From an uncultured Candidatus Saccharibacteria bacterium (GTDB lineage: Bacteria > Patescibacteriota > Saccharimonadia > Saccharimonadales > JALRHH01): a DNA stretch of 58,443 nucleotides. Numbering within the stretch: the stretch's first letter is position 1; each line of letters starts with the position of its first letter. The stretch covers positions 1 through 58,443 of the forward strand of contig CAYYUY010000006.1 in the NCBI GenBank assembly GCA_964474995.1, given 5' to 3'. A program made the position numbers and the translations under genes. The notes beneath the pieces are model-generated. The model saw nothing but the letters and a program-made list of their open reading frames with translations, had not been told where the DNA came from and did no database searches. Shown one piece after another: positions 8,129 through 20,305 of this stretch.

Positions 8129-9418
8129 ATGGCCGAAGATTCACTACTACTTACTATCCAAAACGCTACTAAATCACTTGGTGCCAAGCTACTGCCAAAG
8201 CGCAGTGAAGTACTGTCTGTTGATGATGTACGTGCTGCTCGTGAATACATCGCAGGTTACTGGGAAAACCTTGAACGATTTCACCCAAAGGATGACGAAA
8301 GTCTACTTGGCTTGCCAAAGCCATATCTCGTTCCAGCATTTGAGGTCGGGCACGACTTTGACTTCAATGAAATGTACTACTGGGACAGTTACTTTATGGT
8401 ACAGGGTCTACTCGACGAAGCGCACAAAGAACTTGTCATGGGAATCCTTGAAAACTTATTGAGTCTTCAAAAGCGGTTCGGTGCTATTCCCAACGCTTCG
8501 CGAACTTACCTAACGGGCCGCTCGCAGCCACCGTTCCTGACGAGCTTTATTTTTGATGTCTACGATGCATACGATTTGCCCGAAAAGTGGCTGCAGGAAT
8601 CTATAGCTATTGCCAAACAAGAGTACCAGACTGTTTGGTTGGGTACGACCAAGCCAAACGCCCGGCTGGTCCACCAAGGTTTATCACGCTACTACGACGT
8701 GAATTATTTGCACGATCTTGCCGAAGCAGAAAGTGGCTGGGACATGACAACTCGTTTTGGCCGTAAGGCACTCAATTATTTGCCAATCGATCTCAATGCA
8801 TTGCTGTACAAGTACGAAGCTGATTTTGCACGTGCTGCCCGAATTGCTGGTGATGCGCGTGAGGCCGCCAAATGGGAAGTAGATGCTCGTCACCGCAAAG
8901 AAACCATAGACAAGCTGATGTGGAGTAATTTACGCGGATTGTATTACGATTACAATTTTGCCAAAGATAAACGCGGCGGTGTTGCATCGTTAGCTGCCTT
9001 TTACCCAATGTGGGCTGGGATGGTCGACGAGAAACAAGCCAAACAAATGGTCAAGGCGCTCGGTCGCTTTGAGGCGCGCGGAGGACTGACAACCACGGAC
9101 ACAGCACCGCTTAACCGCATGGTTCCGGGTGCTATGCCAACGCAGTGGGCCTACCCCAACGGCTGGGCGCCATTACAATATTTGGTCATCCGCGGGCTTG
9201 AACGCTATGGCTATCATGCTGATGCCAGTCGCTTGGCTCGTAAATGGCTCAAGACAAACCTCGACTGGTTCAATCGTAATGGTGTCTTCCTCGAAAAATA
9301 TAATGTCGTACAGCCGGATAAGCCGCCAATGAAAGGCGTCTATCCTTCGCAGACTGGCTTTGGTTGGACTAATGCGGTGTTTGAACGACTTTGCCAAGAA
9401 TACATCGACAAAAAATGA
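8129..9418 (+). CDS. Alpha,alpha-trehalase (GH37), cytoplasmic
   Basis: Signature blocks YYWDSYF, QPPF, SGWDMTTRF, LEKYNV and GFGWTNAVF. No signal peptide. Confidence 0.85.
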   Translation: MAEDSLLLTIQNATKSLGAKLLPKRSEVLSVDDVRAAREYIAGYWENLERFHPKDDESLLGLPKPYLVPAFEVGHDFDFNEMYYWDSYFMVQGLLDEAHKELVMGILENLLSLQKRFGAIPNASRTYLTGRSQPPFLTSFIFDVYDAYDLPEKWLQESIAIAKQEYQTVWLGTTKPNARLVHQGLSRYYDVNYLHDLAEAESGWDMTTRFGRKALNYLPIDLNALLYKYEADFARAARIAGDAREAAKWEVDARHRKETIDKLMWSNLRGLYYDYNFAKDKRGGVASLAAFYPMWAGMVDEKQAKQMVKALGRFEARGGLTTTDTAPLNRMVPGAMPTQWAYPNGWAPLQYLVIRGLERYGYHADASRLARKWLKTNLDWFNRNGVFLEKYNVVQPDKPPMKGVYPSQTGFGWTNAVFERLCQEYIDKK

Positions 9419-9573
9419 GTGACGAAGTGGTACTGCCGTGTGCAGATAAGATGGTTTTTGATTCTAAGGAAGAAGCAGAAGCCATTAGCGTGACGCTCGA
9501 ATGGCAACACGGCAGCACACTACGGGCATATCTTTGTCGGCACTGTGGCCTATGGCATTTATCGAGTCGCTAG
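9415..9573 (+). CDS. Small Cys-containing protein (52 aa), possible zinc ribbon
   Basis: ATG overlaps the trehalase stop (ATGA). Cys at position 8 plus CRHCGLWHL near the C-terminus. Confidence 0.5.
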   Translation: MSDEVVLPCADKMVFDSKEEAEAISVTLEWQHGSTLRAYLCRHCGLWHLSSR

Positions 9574-9780
9574 TGGCTGTGAAGATATGTCTTGCAGGGT
9601 ACCCCGCATAGAGCGAGAAAATTCATCATTTCCCTGGAACTGAGCAGGGTCATAGGTTATCTGGAAGAGACTCGTGACGGTTGTTTGGGCGACGCTGTAA
9701 CCATGCAGTGCAATGAGCGTTCCGCCAACGATAAAAGTGCTTAACATGCACGCCCTTAGTATTTGTTGCACCCAGTCCAT
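9559..9780 (-). CDS. Hypothetical small protein with one hydrophobic segment
   Basis: 73-aa ORF. AAGGA abuts the ATG, which is poor spacing. Weak call. Confidence 0.3.
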   Translation of the reverse strand: MDWVQQILRACMLSTFIVGGTLIALHGYSVAQTTVTSLFQITYDPAQFQGNDEFSRSMRGTLQDISSQPLATR

Positions 9781-9896
9781 TCCTTAATTTTGTATAGCGT
9801 ATCATGGGACTGCGTTCCAAATACAGCATAAGCATTTTAAATATTTCACAGATGTGACTGGTGTGACCCAGGGGTCTGAGGTAGACTACTAGATAT

Positions 9897-11354
9897 ATGA
9901 ATTACTTTGTCACAACTTCTATTCCCTATGTTAATGGTGAGCCGCATATTGGCCACGCGTTAGAATTTGTCATGGCTGATGTCTTGGCACGTGCTGCTCG
10001 CTCTAAGGGCACACCAGTTATTTTTTCGACTGGGTCCGATGAGCACGGTGGCAAGATTGCCGAAAAAGCCGAGGAGCTTGGCATTGATCCAAAGGCTTAC
10101 ACCGACAAAATGAGCGACAATTTCCGCGTCCTTGCCAAGACGCTGAACATCAGCAATGACCGCTTCATCCGCACGACTGACGCAGGTCACGAGCAGCGTG
10201 CGCAGCTGATTTGGCAGGCACTCAAAGACGACATCTACAAGGGTAAATACACCGGCTGGTACTGTACTGGCGACGAAGCGTTTTTCCCAGAAGCAACCGT
10301 CAAAGAAAACAACGGTATCTGTCCAAACCACAATCGTCCATATGACAAAATCGAAGAAGAGAATTACTTCTTCAAGCTGAGTAAGTACGCAGATCAGATT
10401 TTGGAAGCAATCGAAACCAACACATTCCAGATTATTCCTGCTACACGCCGCAACGAAATCTTGTCAGTTATCAAAAGTGGACTCGATGACATCAGCATCT
10501 CCCGTCCAAAAGAAAAGATTGGCTGGGGTATCCCCGTTCCTGGCGATGACGAACAGGTCATGTATGTTTGGTTTGAGGCGCTGATGAACTACATCACCGT
10601 TCTTGGCTACCCAGAACACGATGACTTCAAGAAATATTGGCCCGCAAATGTCCAGGTGATTGGCAAAGATATTTTGCGCTTCCACGCTGCTATCTGGCCG
10701 GGCATGTTGCTTGCGCTCGGACTACCGTTGCCGCAGAAGCTCTACGTCCATGGCTTCATCAACGCCGAAGGCGGACTCAAAATGGGTAAAAGTCTTGGCA
10801 ACGTGGTTGATCCAAATGAGATCATCAAAGAATATGGTACCGATGTATTTCGCTACTACATCCTGCGACATATTCCGTCATACACCGATGGTGAGTTCAG
10901 CTGGACGTTGCTCCACAACGCCTACAATAATGAATTGGCAAACGAGCTCGGTAACGCTGTGCAGCGCACGGCTGCCATGATTACGCAGTACCAAAATGGC
11001 CTGATTGGCGATATTCCACCGGCCGAGCACGATGTTGCGCAGTATTGGCAGGCAATCGAAGACTGTAAGTTTGACCGGGCACTCGATGAGGTCTGGGAAC
11101 AAGTTCGTGGTCTCAATCAGTATATCGATGAAGAAAAGCCATGGATGGTCCACAAAACCGGTGATGCCGATCACCTCCGTGAAGTACTCGCCTATCAGGC
11201 AAGTTGCTTGCTCGAAATCGCTGACTTGTTGCTACCATTCATGCCTGAAACAGCACTCAAAATTCGCCACGTATTTGAAGACGGCATTGTTCGTTCGATT
11301 GAGGGGACGCTATTCCCTCGTAAAGATGCTGCCGCAGCGCCAGTAAAGGCTTAG
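9897..11354 (+). CDS. metG: Methionyl-tRNA synthetase
   Basis: HIGH motif (PHIGHALE) and KMSKS variant (KMGKS). Class I MetRS layout without a C-terminal tRNA-binding appendage. Confidence 0.92.
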   Translation: MNYFVTTSIPYVNGEPHIGHALEFVMADVLARAARSKGTPVIFSTGSDEHGGKIAEKAEELGIDPKAYTDKMSDNFRVLAKTLNISNDRFIRTTDAGHEQRAQLIWQALKDDIYKGKYTGWYCTGDEAFFPEATVKENNGICPNHNRPYDKIEEENYFFKLSKYADQILEAIETNTFQIIPATRRNEILSVIKSGLDDISISRPKEKIGWGIPVPGDDEQVMYVWFEALMNYITVLGYPEHDDFKKYWPANVQVIGKDILRFHAAIWPGMLLALGLPLPQKLYVHGFINAEGGLKMGKSLGNVVDPNEIIKEYGTDVFRYYILRHIPSYTDGEFSWTLLHNAYNNELANELGNAVQRTAAMITQYQNGLIGDIPPAEHDVAQYWQAIEDCKFDRALDEVWEQVRGLNQYIDEEKPWMVHKTGDADHLREVLAYQASCLLEIADLLLPFMPETALKIRHVFEDGIVRSIEGTLFPRKDAAAAPVKA

Positions 11355-11359
11355 CCTTC

Positions 11360-12172
11360 ATGCAGTTTGTAGACACCCATTGTCATATTCAGTCTGTTGG
11401 TCAGTCGGCTGGCGAGCGCGCCACGCGTGAACTCTGGGCCAAGGCAGGTGATAGTTCACTCGACGAAGTCATCAAGCGTGCTCATGATGCAAGCGTTCAG
11501 CAGATGGTCTGTGTTGGCTGTGACCTTGCCGACAGTCAGCTGGCCGTCGAAGTCGTGCAGCAGTATGAAGGAATGTATGCCAGTATTGGTATCCATCCAC
11601 ACGAAGCCCAACACTACGTTGAAGATGCTGAGGCATTGGCAACATTTGCCGCACTAGCCACACAGCCAAAGGTCGTCGCAGTTGGCGAATGTGGCCTCGA
11701 TTATTTCTACGAACACTCCCCACGAGTCGCACAGATTAAGATCCTGGAATTCCAACTAGAACTAGCTCGTAGCAACAATTTGCCAGCTATTTTCCATACA
11801 CGACAGGCATTTGATGACTTTTGGCCCGTTTTTGATAACTTTAGTGGTGTTCGAGGCGTGTTGCATAGTTTCACTGACAGCCTGGCAAATATGCACAAAG
11901 CAGTTGAAAAGGGCTTGTTTATAGGGGTGAACGGCATTGCAACGTTTGCAAAAGGTGATTGGCAGCAGGCCATGTACCGGGCAATTCCACTAGAAAATCT
12001 GGTCCTGGAAACTGACGCCCCTTTCTTGACACCGATGCCCCATCGTGGTAAGGTATGTGAACCAAAGCATGTAATTAACACTGCGGAGTTTTTGAGTCGG
12101 CTGCGAGGGGAATCACTCGATACCTTGGCCCAAGAGACCACCAAGAACGCTCGCAGTTTGTTTGGTTTTTAA
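11360..12172 (+). CDS. tatD: TatD-family metal-dependent hydrolase
   Basis: N-terminal DTHCH motif and GECGLDY block, 270 aa. Confidence 0.85.
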   Translation: MQFVDTHCHIQSVGQSAGERATRELWAKAGDSSLDEVIKRAHDASVQQMVCVGCDLADSQLAVEVVQQYEGMYASIGIHPHEAQHYVEDAEALATFAALATQPKVVAVGECGLDYFYEHSPRVAQIKILEFQLELARSNNLPAIFHTRQAFDDFWPVFDNFSGVRGVLHSFTDSLANMHKAVEKGLFIGVNGIATFAKGDWQQAMYRAIPLENLVLETDAPFLTPMPHRGKVCEPKHVINTAEFLSRLRGESLDTLAQETTKNARSLFGF

Positions 12173-12178
12173 GCTGTT

Positions 12179-12433
12179 ATGAACAACTCACACAATAACC
12201 CTGAATTTGAGCGCCAGCACGCCCCAGAAGAGATGGTGATGCGCAAGCACACCGTCTACGAAGCAGCTGCAGTTGCACGTGTCGTGATTGGCAATGCATT
12301 GCAGCCAGTTGAAGCTGTGGCCCCTGTTCAAGCTCCCCTCGAAAATCCGTTTTTTGCAGAACAGCCAGCCAATACGATTGATGCAATACAACAACAAGTA
12401 GAGCGAGCGTATGATTTTCCAGAAGCTGCTTAG
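12179..12433 (+). CDS. Hypothetical protein (84 aa)
   Basis: ORF only. Overlaps the next ORF by 23 nt. Confidence 0.45.
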   Translation: MNNSHNNPEFERQHAPEEMVMRKHTVYEAAAVARVVIGNALQPVEAVAPVQAPLENPFFAEQPANTIDAIQQQVERAYDFPEAA

Positions 12434-12782
12434 CGGTCTGACCGAACAGAAACGTGCAGAACGCAAAGCCGAACTGTATCGCAACCTCATCCGTCACGAA
12501 GCTCGTATTGGTGGCCAGCTATTTGGTCCCGTACCCAAGGGTACCCGTCGTGAGTTCTTTTGCCTCGACAAGCACACCTGGGTTTGGCACGAAGAATGGA
12601 CCGATGAAAAAGGTACGCCACAAGTGCGTACTACCCGTTACGATGTACGTCCCAGCGGTGTATTAAAGGCCCAGCATGGTCACTACCAGGCTGTCAGCCC
12701 AGCCGAATCACTTCGACTCCTCGAAGCTATCAACCAGTACGAACAGCGCGTCAACAACGAACTCTACGCAGCCGTTGCCTAG
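12411..12782 (+). CDS. Hypothetical protein (123 aa)
   Basis: ORF only, basic and Trp-rich core (HTWVWHEEW). Confidence 0.55.
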   Translation: MIFQKLLSGLTEQKRAERKAELYRNLIRHEARIGGQLFGPVPKGTRREFFCLDKHTWVWHEEWTDEKGTPQVRTTRYDVRPSGVLKAQHGHYQAVSPAESLRLLEAINQYEQRVNNELYAAVA

Positions 12783-12794
12783 AATCACGGTACA

Positions 12795-13943
12795 ATGAAA
12801 TCCATGGACGAGCTTATCTATCTCGATCACGCTGCAACCACACCGCTCGACGAGCGGGTGTTTGCTACCATGCAACCGTACCTGACTACACAATTCTATA
12901 ACCCTTCAGCCACTTATTTGGCAGCCAAGTCAGTCAAACGAGATATTGAGTCTGCTCGCGCACGAGTAGCCCACTGGTTTGGCGCTCGTCCAAGCGAAGT
13001 TGTCTTTACGGCTGGTGGTACCGAAGCTAATAACTTGGCAATTCATGGTGTTATGGGGCAATACCCAGACGCCAATATGGTGGTCAGTAGTATTGAACAC
13101 GATGCGGTACTGCACCCAGCTGCTCAATATAGTGTCAAACTTGCGCCTGTCATGCCTGACGGGCTTATTGACGTTAAAGCGCTAATTGGGCTCATCGATG
13201 ACAAAACAGCTCTGGTGAGCGTTATGTACGTCAACAACGAAATTGGCACCATTCAGCCACTCAAACAGATTGCAGCCGCACTTGAACTCATTCGCAAACA
13301 ACGACATGCTGACGGCAACATGCACCCGTTACTGTTCCATACCGATGCCTGTCAGGCATCACTGTATCTTGATTTGCATGCCTCACGGCTCGGCGTCGAC
13401 CTTATGACCATCAACGCCAGTAAAATGTATGGACCAAAGCAGGTTGGTGCACTGTATGTTCGCGCCGGCATTGTGCTATCACCACAAATAGAAGGTGGCG
13501 GGCAAGAACGCGGCCTTCGCAGCGGTACCGAGAATGTAGCTGGCATCATTGGTCTCGCGGCAGCACTCGACCGCGCACAGACCGATCGTCACACCGAGGG
13601 CAAGCGATTGCAGCAGCTTCAGCAGCTCGCCTACAAACTTATAGCTGAGCAGCTACCAGCAGCAATATTGAACGGCTCGCTCAAGCACCGTTCACCAAAC
13701 AATATTCACCTGACAGTTCCTGGCGCAGATAACGAGCGGTTGATGATGGCCCTCGATGAGCAGGGAGTTCTGGTGGCCGTGGGGTCTGCCTGTAGCGCAA
13801 GCAGCGAAGAGCCTTCACATGTACTGCAAGCAATTGGTCTGACTGACGCCGATGCCCGCGCGAGCTTGCGACTCACCATGGGCCGATCGACCACCGAAGC
13901 AGCGATTCGTCGTACTATTTCTGGGCTAGCCAGCCTCGTTTAG
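12795..13943 (+). CDS. Cysteine desulfurase (class V aminotransferase, NifS/IscS-like)
   Basis: PLP-lysine context NASKMYGPK and C-terminal catalytic loop GSACSA. Confidence 0.85.
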   Translation: MKSMDELIYLDHAATTPLDERVFATMQPYLTTQFYNPSATYLAAKSVKRDIESARARVAHWFGARPSEVVFTAGGTEANNLAIHGVMGQYPDANMVVSSIEHDAVLHPAAQYSVKLAPVMPDGLIDVKALIGLIDDKTALVSVMYVNNEIGTIQPLKQIAAALELIRKQRHADGNMHPLLFHTDACQASLYLDLHASRLGVDLMTINASKMYGPKQVGALYVRAGIVLSPQIEGGGQERGLRSGTENVAGIIGLAAALDRAQTDRHTEGKRLQQLQQLAYKLIAEQLPAAILNGSLKHRSPNNIHLTVPGADNERLMMALDEQGVLVAVGSACSASSEEPSHVLQAIGLTDADARASLRLTMGRSTTEAAIRRTISGLASLV

Positions 13944-13991
13944 CCATAGCTACCCCTGTTACAACTGAGATAATTTCGTAGCTCGCATTTG

Positions 13992-14020
13992 TTGCAACTA
14001 CCACTGGTGGTAGGTATACT
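13992..14020 (+). promoter_or_regulatory. Near-consensus promoter TTGCAA-N17-TATACT upstream of the ATPase operon
   Basis: Hexamers at 13992-13997 and 14015-14020. Argues against the 13989 start in the ORF track. Confidence 0.55.
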
Positions 14021-14066
14021 GATAATGGTTAAAATTATCATGATTAACACAAAAATTAGACATTAC

Positions 14067-14888
14067 ATGAGATTGCCGCGTTTGCTGGCGTTATCAGCGC
14101 TGGCGCTACTCATTGTGGTGAGTCTCCGTCATCCTCTCAGCGCACAGACTGTGACGCAGGGTTACAACACTGACCAGACAATCCAGCGTGGACTGATTGT
14201 CAACCTTAAGAAAAACGACGGTACAAAGGTCGAGCTGAGTACCACAAACTCAATCGATCATATTTTGGGTGTAGCCGTTGATGCTAATGATGCGCCGGTT
14301 ACGTTGTCGAGCGATGCCGCCAAGGTATTTGTGGCCACGACTGGCCATTTTGATGTGATCGTCAGCACCCAAGGGGGCGCTATCAATACAGGTGATTATA
14401 TTACGGTGTCTGGGCTTGATGGCATTGGCATGAAAGCCGGCACCAAAGAACCAATAGTTGTTGGTCGAGCACTAGCATCATTTGACGGGAAGGCAGGTGC
14501 TATCAGTACCACCAGTGTCAAAGATAGCACTGGAGCCCAACACCCGGTGAGTATTGGTCGCATTCAAGTTGATTTGAGTGTTGCCCGTAATCCTCATCTC
14601 AAAGCTCCAGAAGCCAATATCCCTGAGTTCTTGCAAAAAGCAGCCACCGCAATTGCTGGAAAACCGGTAAATGCGGTTCGTATTTACCTTGGTTTGACGA
14701 TTTTTCTCATCAGCACGATTGTGGCGACGAGCTTGCTGTATGGTGGTGTTCGCAGTGGTATTATCTCTATCGGTCGTAACCCGCTGAGCAAGAAATCGAT
14801 CATCAGAGGCATGATGCAGGTAGTGGTCGTTGGATTAACTATTTTCATAAGCGGTATTTTTGCGGTATATTTACTATTAAAGATTTAG
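14067..14888 (+). CDS. Secreted beta-rich ectodomain fused to a C-terminal ATP-synthase c-subunit-like two-helix hairpin; first gene of the ATPase operon
   Basis: Signal peptide MRLPRLLALSALALLIVVSLRHPLSA|Q. C-terminus is TM1-GRNPLSKK-TM2, resembling the c-subunit loop (ARQPD in E. coli, ARNPSLK in mitochondria). Stop lies 22 nt before the b-like gene. Start could be 14025 or 13989. Confidence 0.75.
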   Translation: MRLPRLLALSALALLIVVSLRHPLSAQTVTQGYNTDQTIQRGLIVNLKKNDGTKVELSTTNSIDHILGVAVDANDAPVTLSSDAAKVFVATTGHFDVIVSTQGGAINTGDYITVSGLDGIGMKAGTKEPIVVGRALASFDGKAGAISTTSVKDSTGAQHPVSIGRIQVDLSVARNPHLKAPEANIPEFLQKAATAIAGKPVNAVRIYLGLTIFLISTIVATSLLYGGVRSGIISIGRNPLSKKSIIRGMMQVVVVGLTIFISGIFAVYLLLKI

Positions 14889-14910
14889 CAAACGAAGAGG
14901 TGGGCACCAC

Positions 14911-15594
14911 GTGAGCTTAGAGGTATTAATCGGCGTACTAGCAGCAATCGGTCTTATGACCGGTCTGTTCATCTGGGCTGTCATCCGTAAAAGCGCTGAA
15001 CCTTCGACGCCAAAAACTCCAAAAGTACCTAAAGTGCAGGCCGTATCGACTCACGATAAAGGCAATACGACAGGTAGCGCCGTCGATGATGCCAATACCA
15101 AGCTTGCCAACGATAATGTCGAACATATTTTCAACGATGAATTCCGCGAAGAACTCCGTAACCGTGGGCGCCTTCACTTCGAGAAAATCATCGGTGAAAA
15201 TGCCATGTTCCTACAGCAGGACTTGCGACTCACGACTTCTCAACTTAATGAATACATGAAGACTGAGATCACCAACAAGCTCGAAGAAGAATTCGCTAAA
15301 TACGAAGAATCAATCACTGATGCCAAACAAATGGCACTCGATTCAATCAACAAAACCCAAGAAGCTATCGAACAGCAACGTCAACTGATGAGTCAACAGA
15401 TTCAAACAGAGCTGGCGACCGAAAAATCACGTCTCGTGAAGCGCTTCGAAGACAATATGGCTGATATCGTCAACCACTACGTGTTGGCAGCTATTGGCGA
15501 CCAGATTGACCTTAATGACCAGCTCGAATACATTCTGAGTGACCTGGAGTCTAACAAGGCGGCCATAATTAGGGACATTACCGATGGATCATAA
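14911..15594 (+). CDS. atpF: F-type ATPase peripheral-stalk subunit b-like protein
   Basis: GTG start after GAGGTGG. Single N-terminal TM helix, Pro/Lys-rich linker, then long coiled-coil. Operon position matches b. Confidence 0.6.
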   Translation: MSLEVLIGVLAAIGLMTGLFIWAVIRKSAEPSTPKTPKVPKVQAVSTHDKGNTTGSAVDDANTKLANDNVEHIFNDEFREELRNRGRLHFEKIIGENAMFLQQDLRLTTSQLNEYMKTEITNKLEEEFAKYEESITDAKQMALDSINKTQEAIEQQRQLMSQQIQTELATEKSRLVKRFEDNMADIVNHYVLAAIGDQIDLNDQLEYILSDLESNKAAIIRDITDGS

Positions 15595-16135
15595 GACTGA
15601 TAGCTATTTGCAGCTACCAATTATGGTAATCGGTCGCATTGATGTCGGCCGATTGCTGCGTGAAATAGAAGCTCTCAATAACTTCATGGCTGCGGCAGCA
15701 ATTCGCGAGCCAGGTACTTCTATCAAGCCACCAAAAACCAGTAGGCTCTTTGATGAAATCATCGAGATCAACAGTCTCAATGTTTTACTCGAAACTGACC
15801 GCGCTCGACTACTGGACTTCTTGCAGACCGTCTACAAAGAAGCTCCACTCATGCATATTAGTTTTGGTGCCGACCCTTCGCCGTTGTTTATGCAGCGTCT
15901 GATGACATGGATGCGTCAAAATATTCATACCTTAGTACTCGTGCAAATCGGCCTCCAGCCAAACATTGGCGCTGGCTGCGTGATTCGCACCAACAACAAG
16001 TACTTTGATTTGAGTCTTCGTACCAGGTTCCTCGAAAGCCGAGACAAGCTAGCAGTCGCACTACGGGGCGAATCCAAGCCTGACGTACCTGAAACGTCTG
16101 TCACTGCAGTACCAACAGCCGGAGCGGCCGCGTGA
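15584..16135 (+). CDS. atpH: F-type ATPase delta (OSCP)-like subunit
   Basis: C-terminal block [28 protein letters not shown] parallels the delta motif (IGG..I..G....D.S). Overlaps the b-like gene by 11 nt. Confidence 0.6.
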   Translation: MDHKTDSYLQLPIMVIGRIDVGRLLREIEALNNFMAAAAIREPGTSIKPPKTSRLFDEIIEINSLNVLLETDRARLLDFLQTVYKEAPLMHISFGADPSPLFMQRLMTWMRQNIHTLVLVQIGLQPNIGAGCVIRTNNKYFDLSLRTRFLESRDKLAVALRGESKPDVPETSVTAVPTAGAAA

Positions 16136-17648
16136 AAAGTGGCAACCAACACTTCGACAAACTCATTGCGAGTGGCAACCCAATTGGTGAAGTCATCGCT
16201 GTCGATAAGTTCCTTGTCCAGGTTCATGGCATGCAACCATGTGCTATCCATGCACTCGTAATGTTTGAAGACGGCAGTAAGGGCTTTGTCCACCAAGTCG
16301 CAACTGATCATGTGGTGATTTTGCACCTTGGCTCCGACACGCTCAGTGTTGGTATGGTTGCTGTGCTCCAGCACCAGGAACTTGTCTGTAAAGTCGGCAA
16401 AGACTTCATTGGCCGCGTGGTGACCGTCACCGGTGAACCACTTGATGGCAAAGGTCCGATTGCTGCTGATGCCGTATGGCCCGTTTTCAATCAAGCACCA
16501 CCGCTCTATGAGCGTAAACTGCTCAGTGATCAGCTTGAGAGTGGCGTAACCGCCATTGACTCACTGTTTCCAATCGTCCGTGGCCAGCGTATGGCGCTAC
16601 TGGGTGATGGTAAGTCTGGTAAAAGTACATTGGTTACCCAGATGGTTATCAACCAGAAAAATACCGACCAAGTTGTTGTCTATTGTTTGATTGCCAAGCG
16701 TCGTACCGATGTTGACCAGTTGCTCACTCGCCTCCAAGAAAATGGTGGTATGGAAAAGGCAATTGTAGTGGTGAGTACCATGTTCGAGTCGCTCATTATG
16801 AGCTATATCGCGCCGTATGTTGCGTGTGCGATGGCCGAATATCTTTGGCAAAAACTCAATCAAGACACGATCATTATCTACGATGACCTTACCAGTCACG
16901 CACATGCCTACCGTGAAGTTGCCCTGATGTCTGGTGTGAGCCCAGGACGTGACTCATACCCAGGTGATATGTTCTATGCCCACTCGAGCCTACTTGAACG
17001 CGCCGGACGTCTCGACAGCACCGGTGCACACCTGACGAGTATCCCTGTAGTTAACGCTGCCGGTGGCGATATCACGGCTTATCTCCCAACGAACATTATG
17101 TCTATTACTGATGGTCAGTGGATCTTGGATATGGATATTTTCCGTAATGGTATCCGCCCAGCCCTAAACATTGGTCTATCGGTGACTCGTGCCGGTGGTA
17201 TCGGTCACAACAAGCGCCAAAAGGCCTTGGCGGCCGAAACACTAAAGTTACTGGCCGATTTCCGTACTGCAGAAGAGTTTTCACACTTTGGTTCCGAACT
17301 TGCAGCTGAGGCAAAACGCGCACTCGAGACAGGCCATCGTTTGTTTGAGCTTATGACCCAAAGCCCCGGCGATACATATTCGCTGGTAGCTCAGCAGCTA
17401 ATGATGGATATCGTACTGCACATCGAGGCGGGTGCTAGCCTAGATATTAGCGCTATGAAGCTCAACATTGTCGAGATTGCCGCCACCGTCAAAGAAGAGG
17501 CAGACTATCAACAAGCTCATGATGCGCTCAAGGCCAAAGCAGTGACCGGTATACCAGCACCTGCGCCACCGAAGCCCGCAGAACCAGCCGCTGATGCTGC
17601 CCAAACGGATGACAAAGACAAGAAAGACGACAAAAAAGAAGGCAAGAA

Positions 17649-17652
<4 letters not shown>
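16132..17652 (+). CDS. atpA: F1 ATPase alpha subunit (divergent)
   Basis: P-loop [30 protein letters not shown] and ITDGQWIL blocks. Lys/Asp/Pro-rich C-terminal tail. GTG overlaps the delta-like stop. Confidence 0.85.
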
Positions 17653-19816
<2,164 letters not shown>

Positions 19817-19818
19817 CC

Positions 19819-20124
19819 ATGGCAAATGAGAGCGGCGAGCCAGTACTAGAAAAGACCGATTCCAGGATCGAAGATGGCATAAATATGCACGTCAAAGTCT
19901 ATGCGCCGTTCAAGACGTACTTTGATGGTATGGCGCTCAGCATCTCGGCTATCAACGATACGGGCGCGTTTGACATCTTGCCAAAGCACCACAACTTTAT
20001 GACACTGATTTCTCCGTGCGACATTATTGTTCGTACCGGCGGAGACAAAGAAGAAAAGATCAAGATCAACCGTGGCATTATGCATGTAAAGGCAGACGAG
20101 GTCATCGTCTTTCTAGACGTCTAA
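19819..20124 (+). CDS. atpC: F1 ATPase epsilon subunit, beta-sandwich domain only
   Basis: GAFDILPKHHNFMTL matches the epsilon G.lGILp.H motif. At 101 aa there is no C-terminal helical hairpin. Confidence 0.75.
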   Translation: MANESGEPVLEKTDSRIEDGINMHVKVYAPFKTYFDGMALSISAINDTGAFDILPKHHNFMTLISPCDIIVRTGGDKEEKIKINRGIMHVKADEVIVFLDV

Positions 20125-20305
20125 CGATTCGCAACAGCTTTAGCCTGCTCACGAGCGGAGCTCGCAACCCGCTAAAGCCTCTTGGCCATTTTGAATCTTT
20201 GTCTTTACGGTACGCGGTCGACGTATTTAGATACGTCTCCCTTACGTTCCGCAGTCAAAAATCCAAACTGACTCAAGCGCGAAACGTTAGATTATAGGAT
20301 GTATA

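Noticed and set aside
9574-9896. T-box leader upstream of metG
   Set aside because: No T-box consensus (GGTGGTACCGCG-like) or specifier/antiterminator arrangement is visible.
13989-14066. Upstream TTG/ATG starts for the first ATPase-operon gene
   Set aside because: The TTGCAA-N17-TATACT promoter lies inside this stretch, and the ATG at 14067 begins a typical signal peptide.
15925-16494. 189-aa minus-strand ORF
   Set aside because: Shadow frame across the delta/alpha genes of a clearly coding + strand operon.
20130-20240. Nested inverted repeats after atpC (GCTTTAGC...GCTAAAGC and GACGTAT...ATACGTC) as a terminator
   Set aside because: The hairpins are real but have no T-run on either strand, so I did not call a terminator. 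They may still act in the convergent gene pair.
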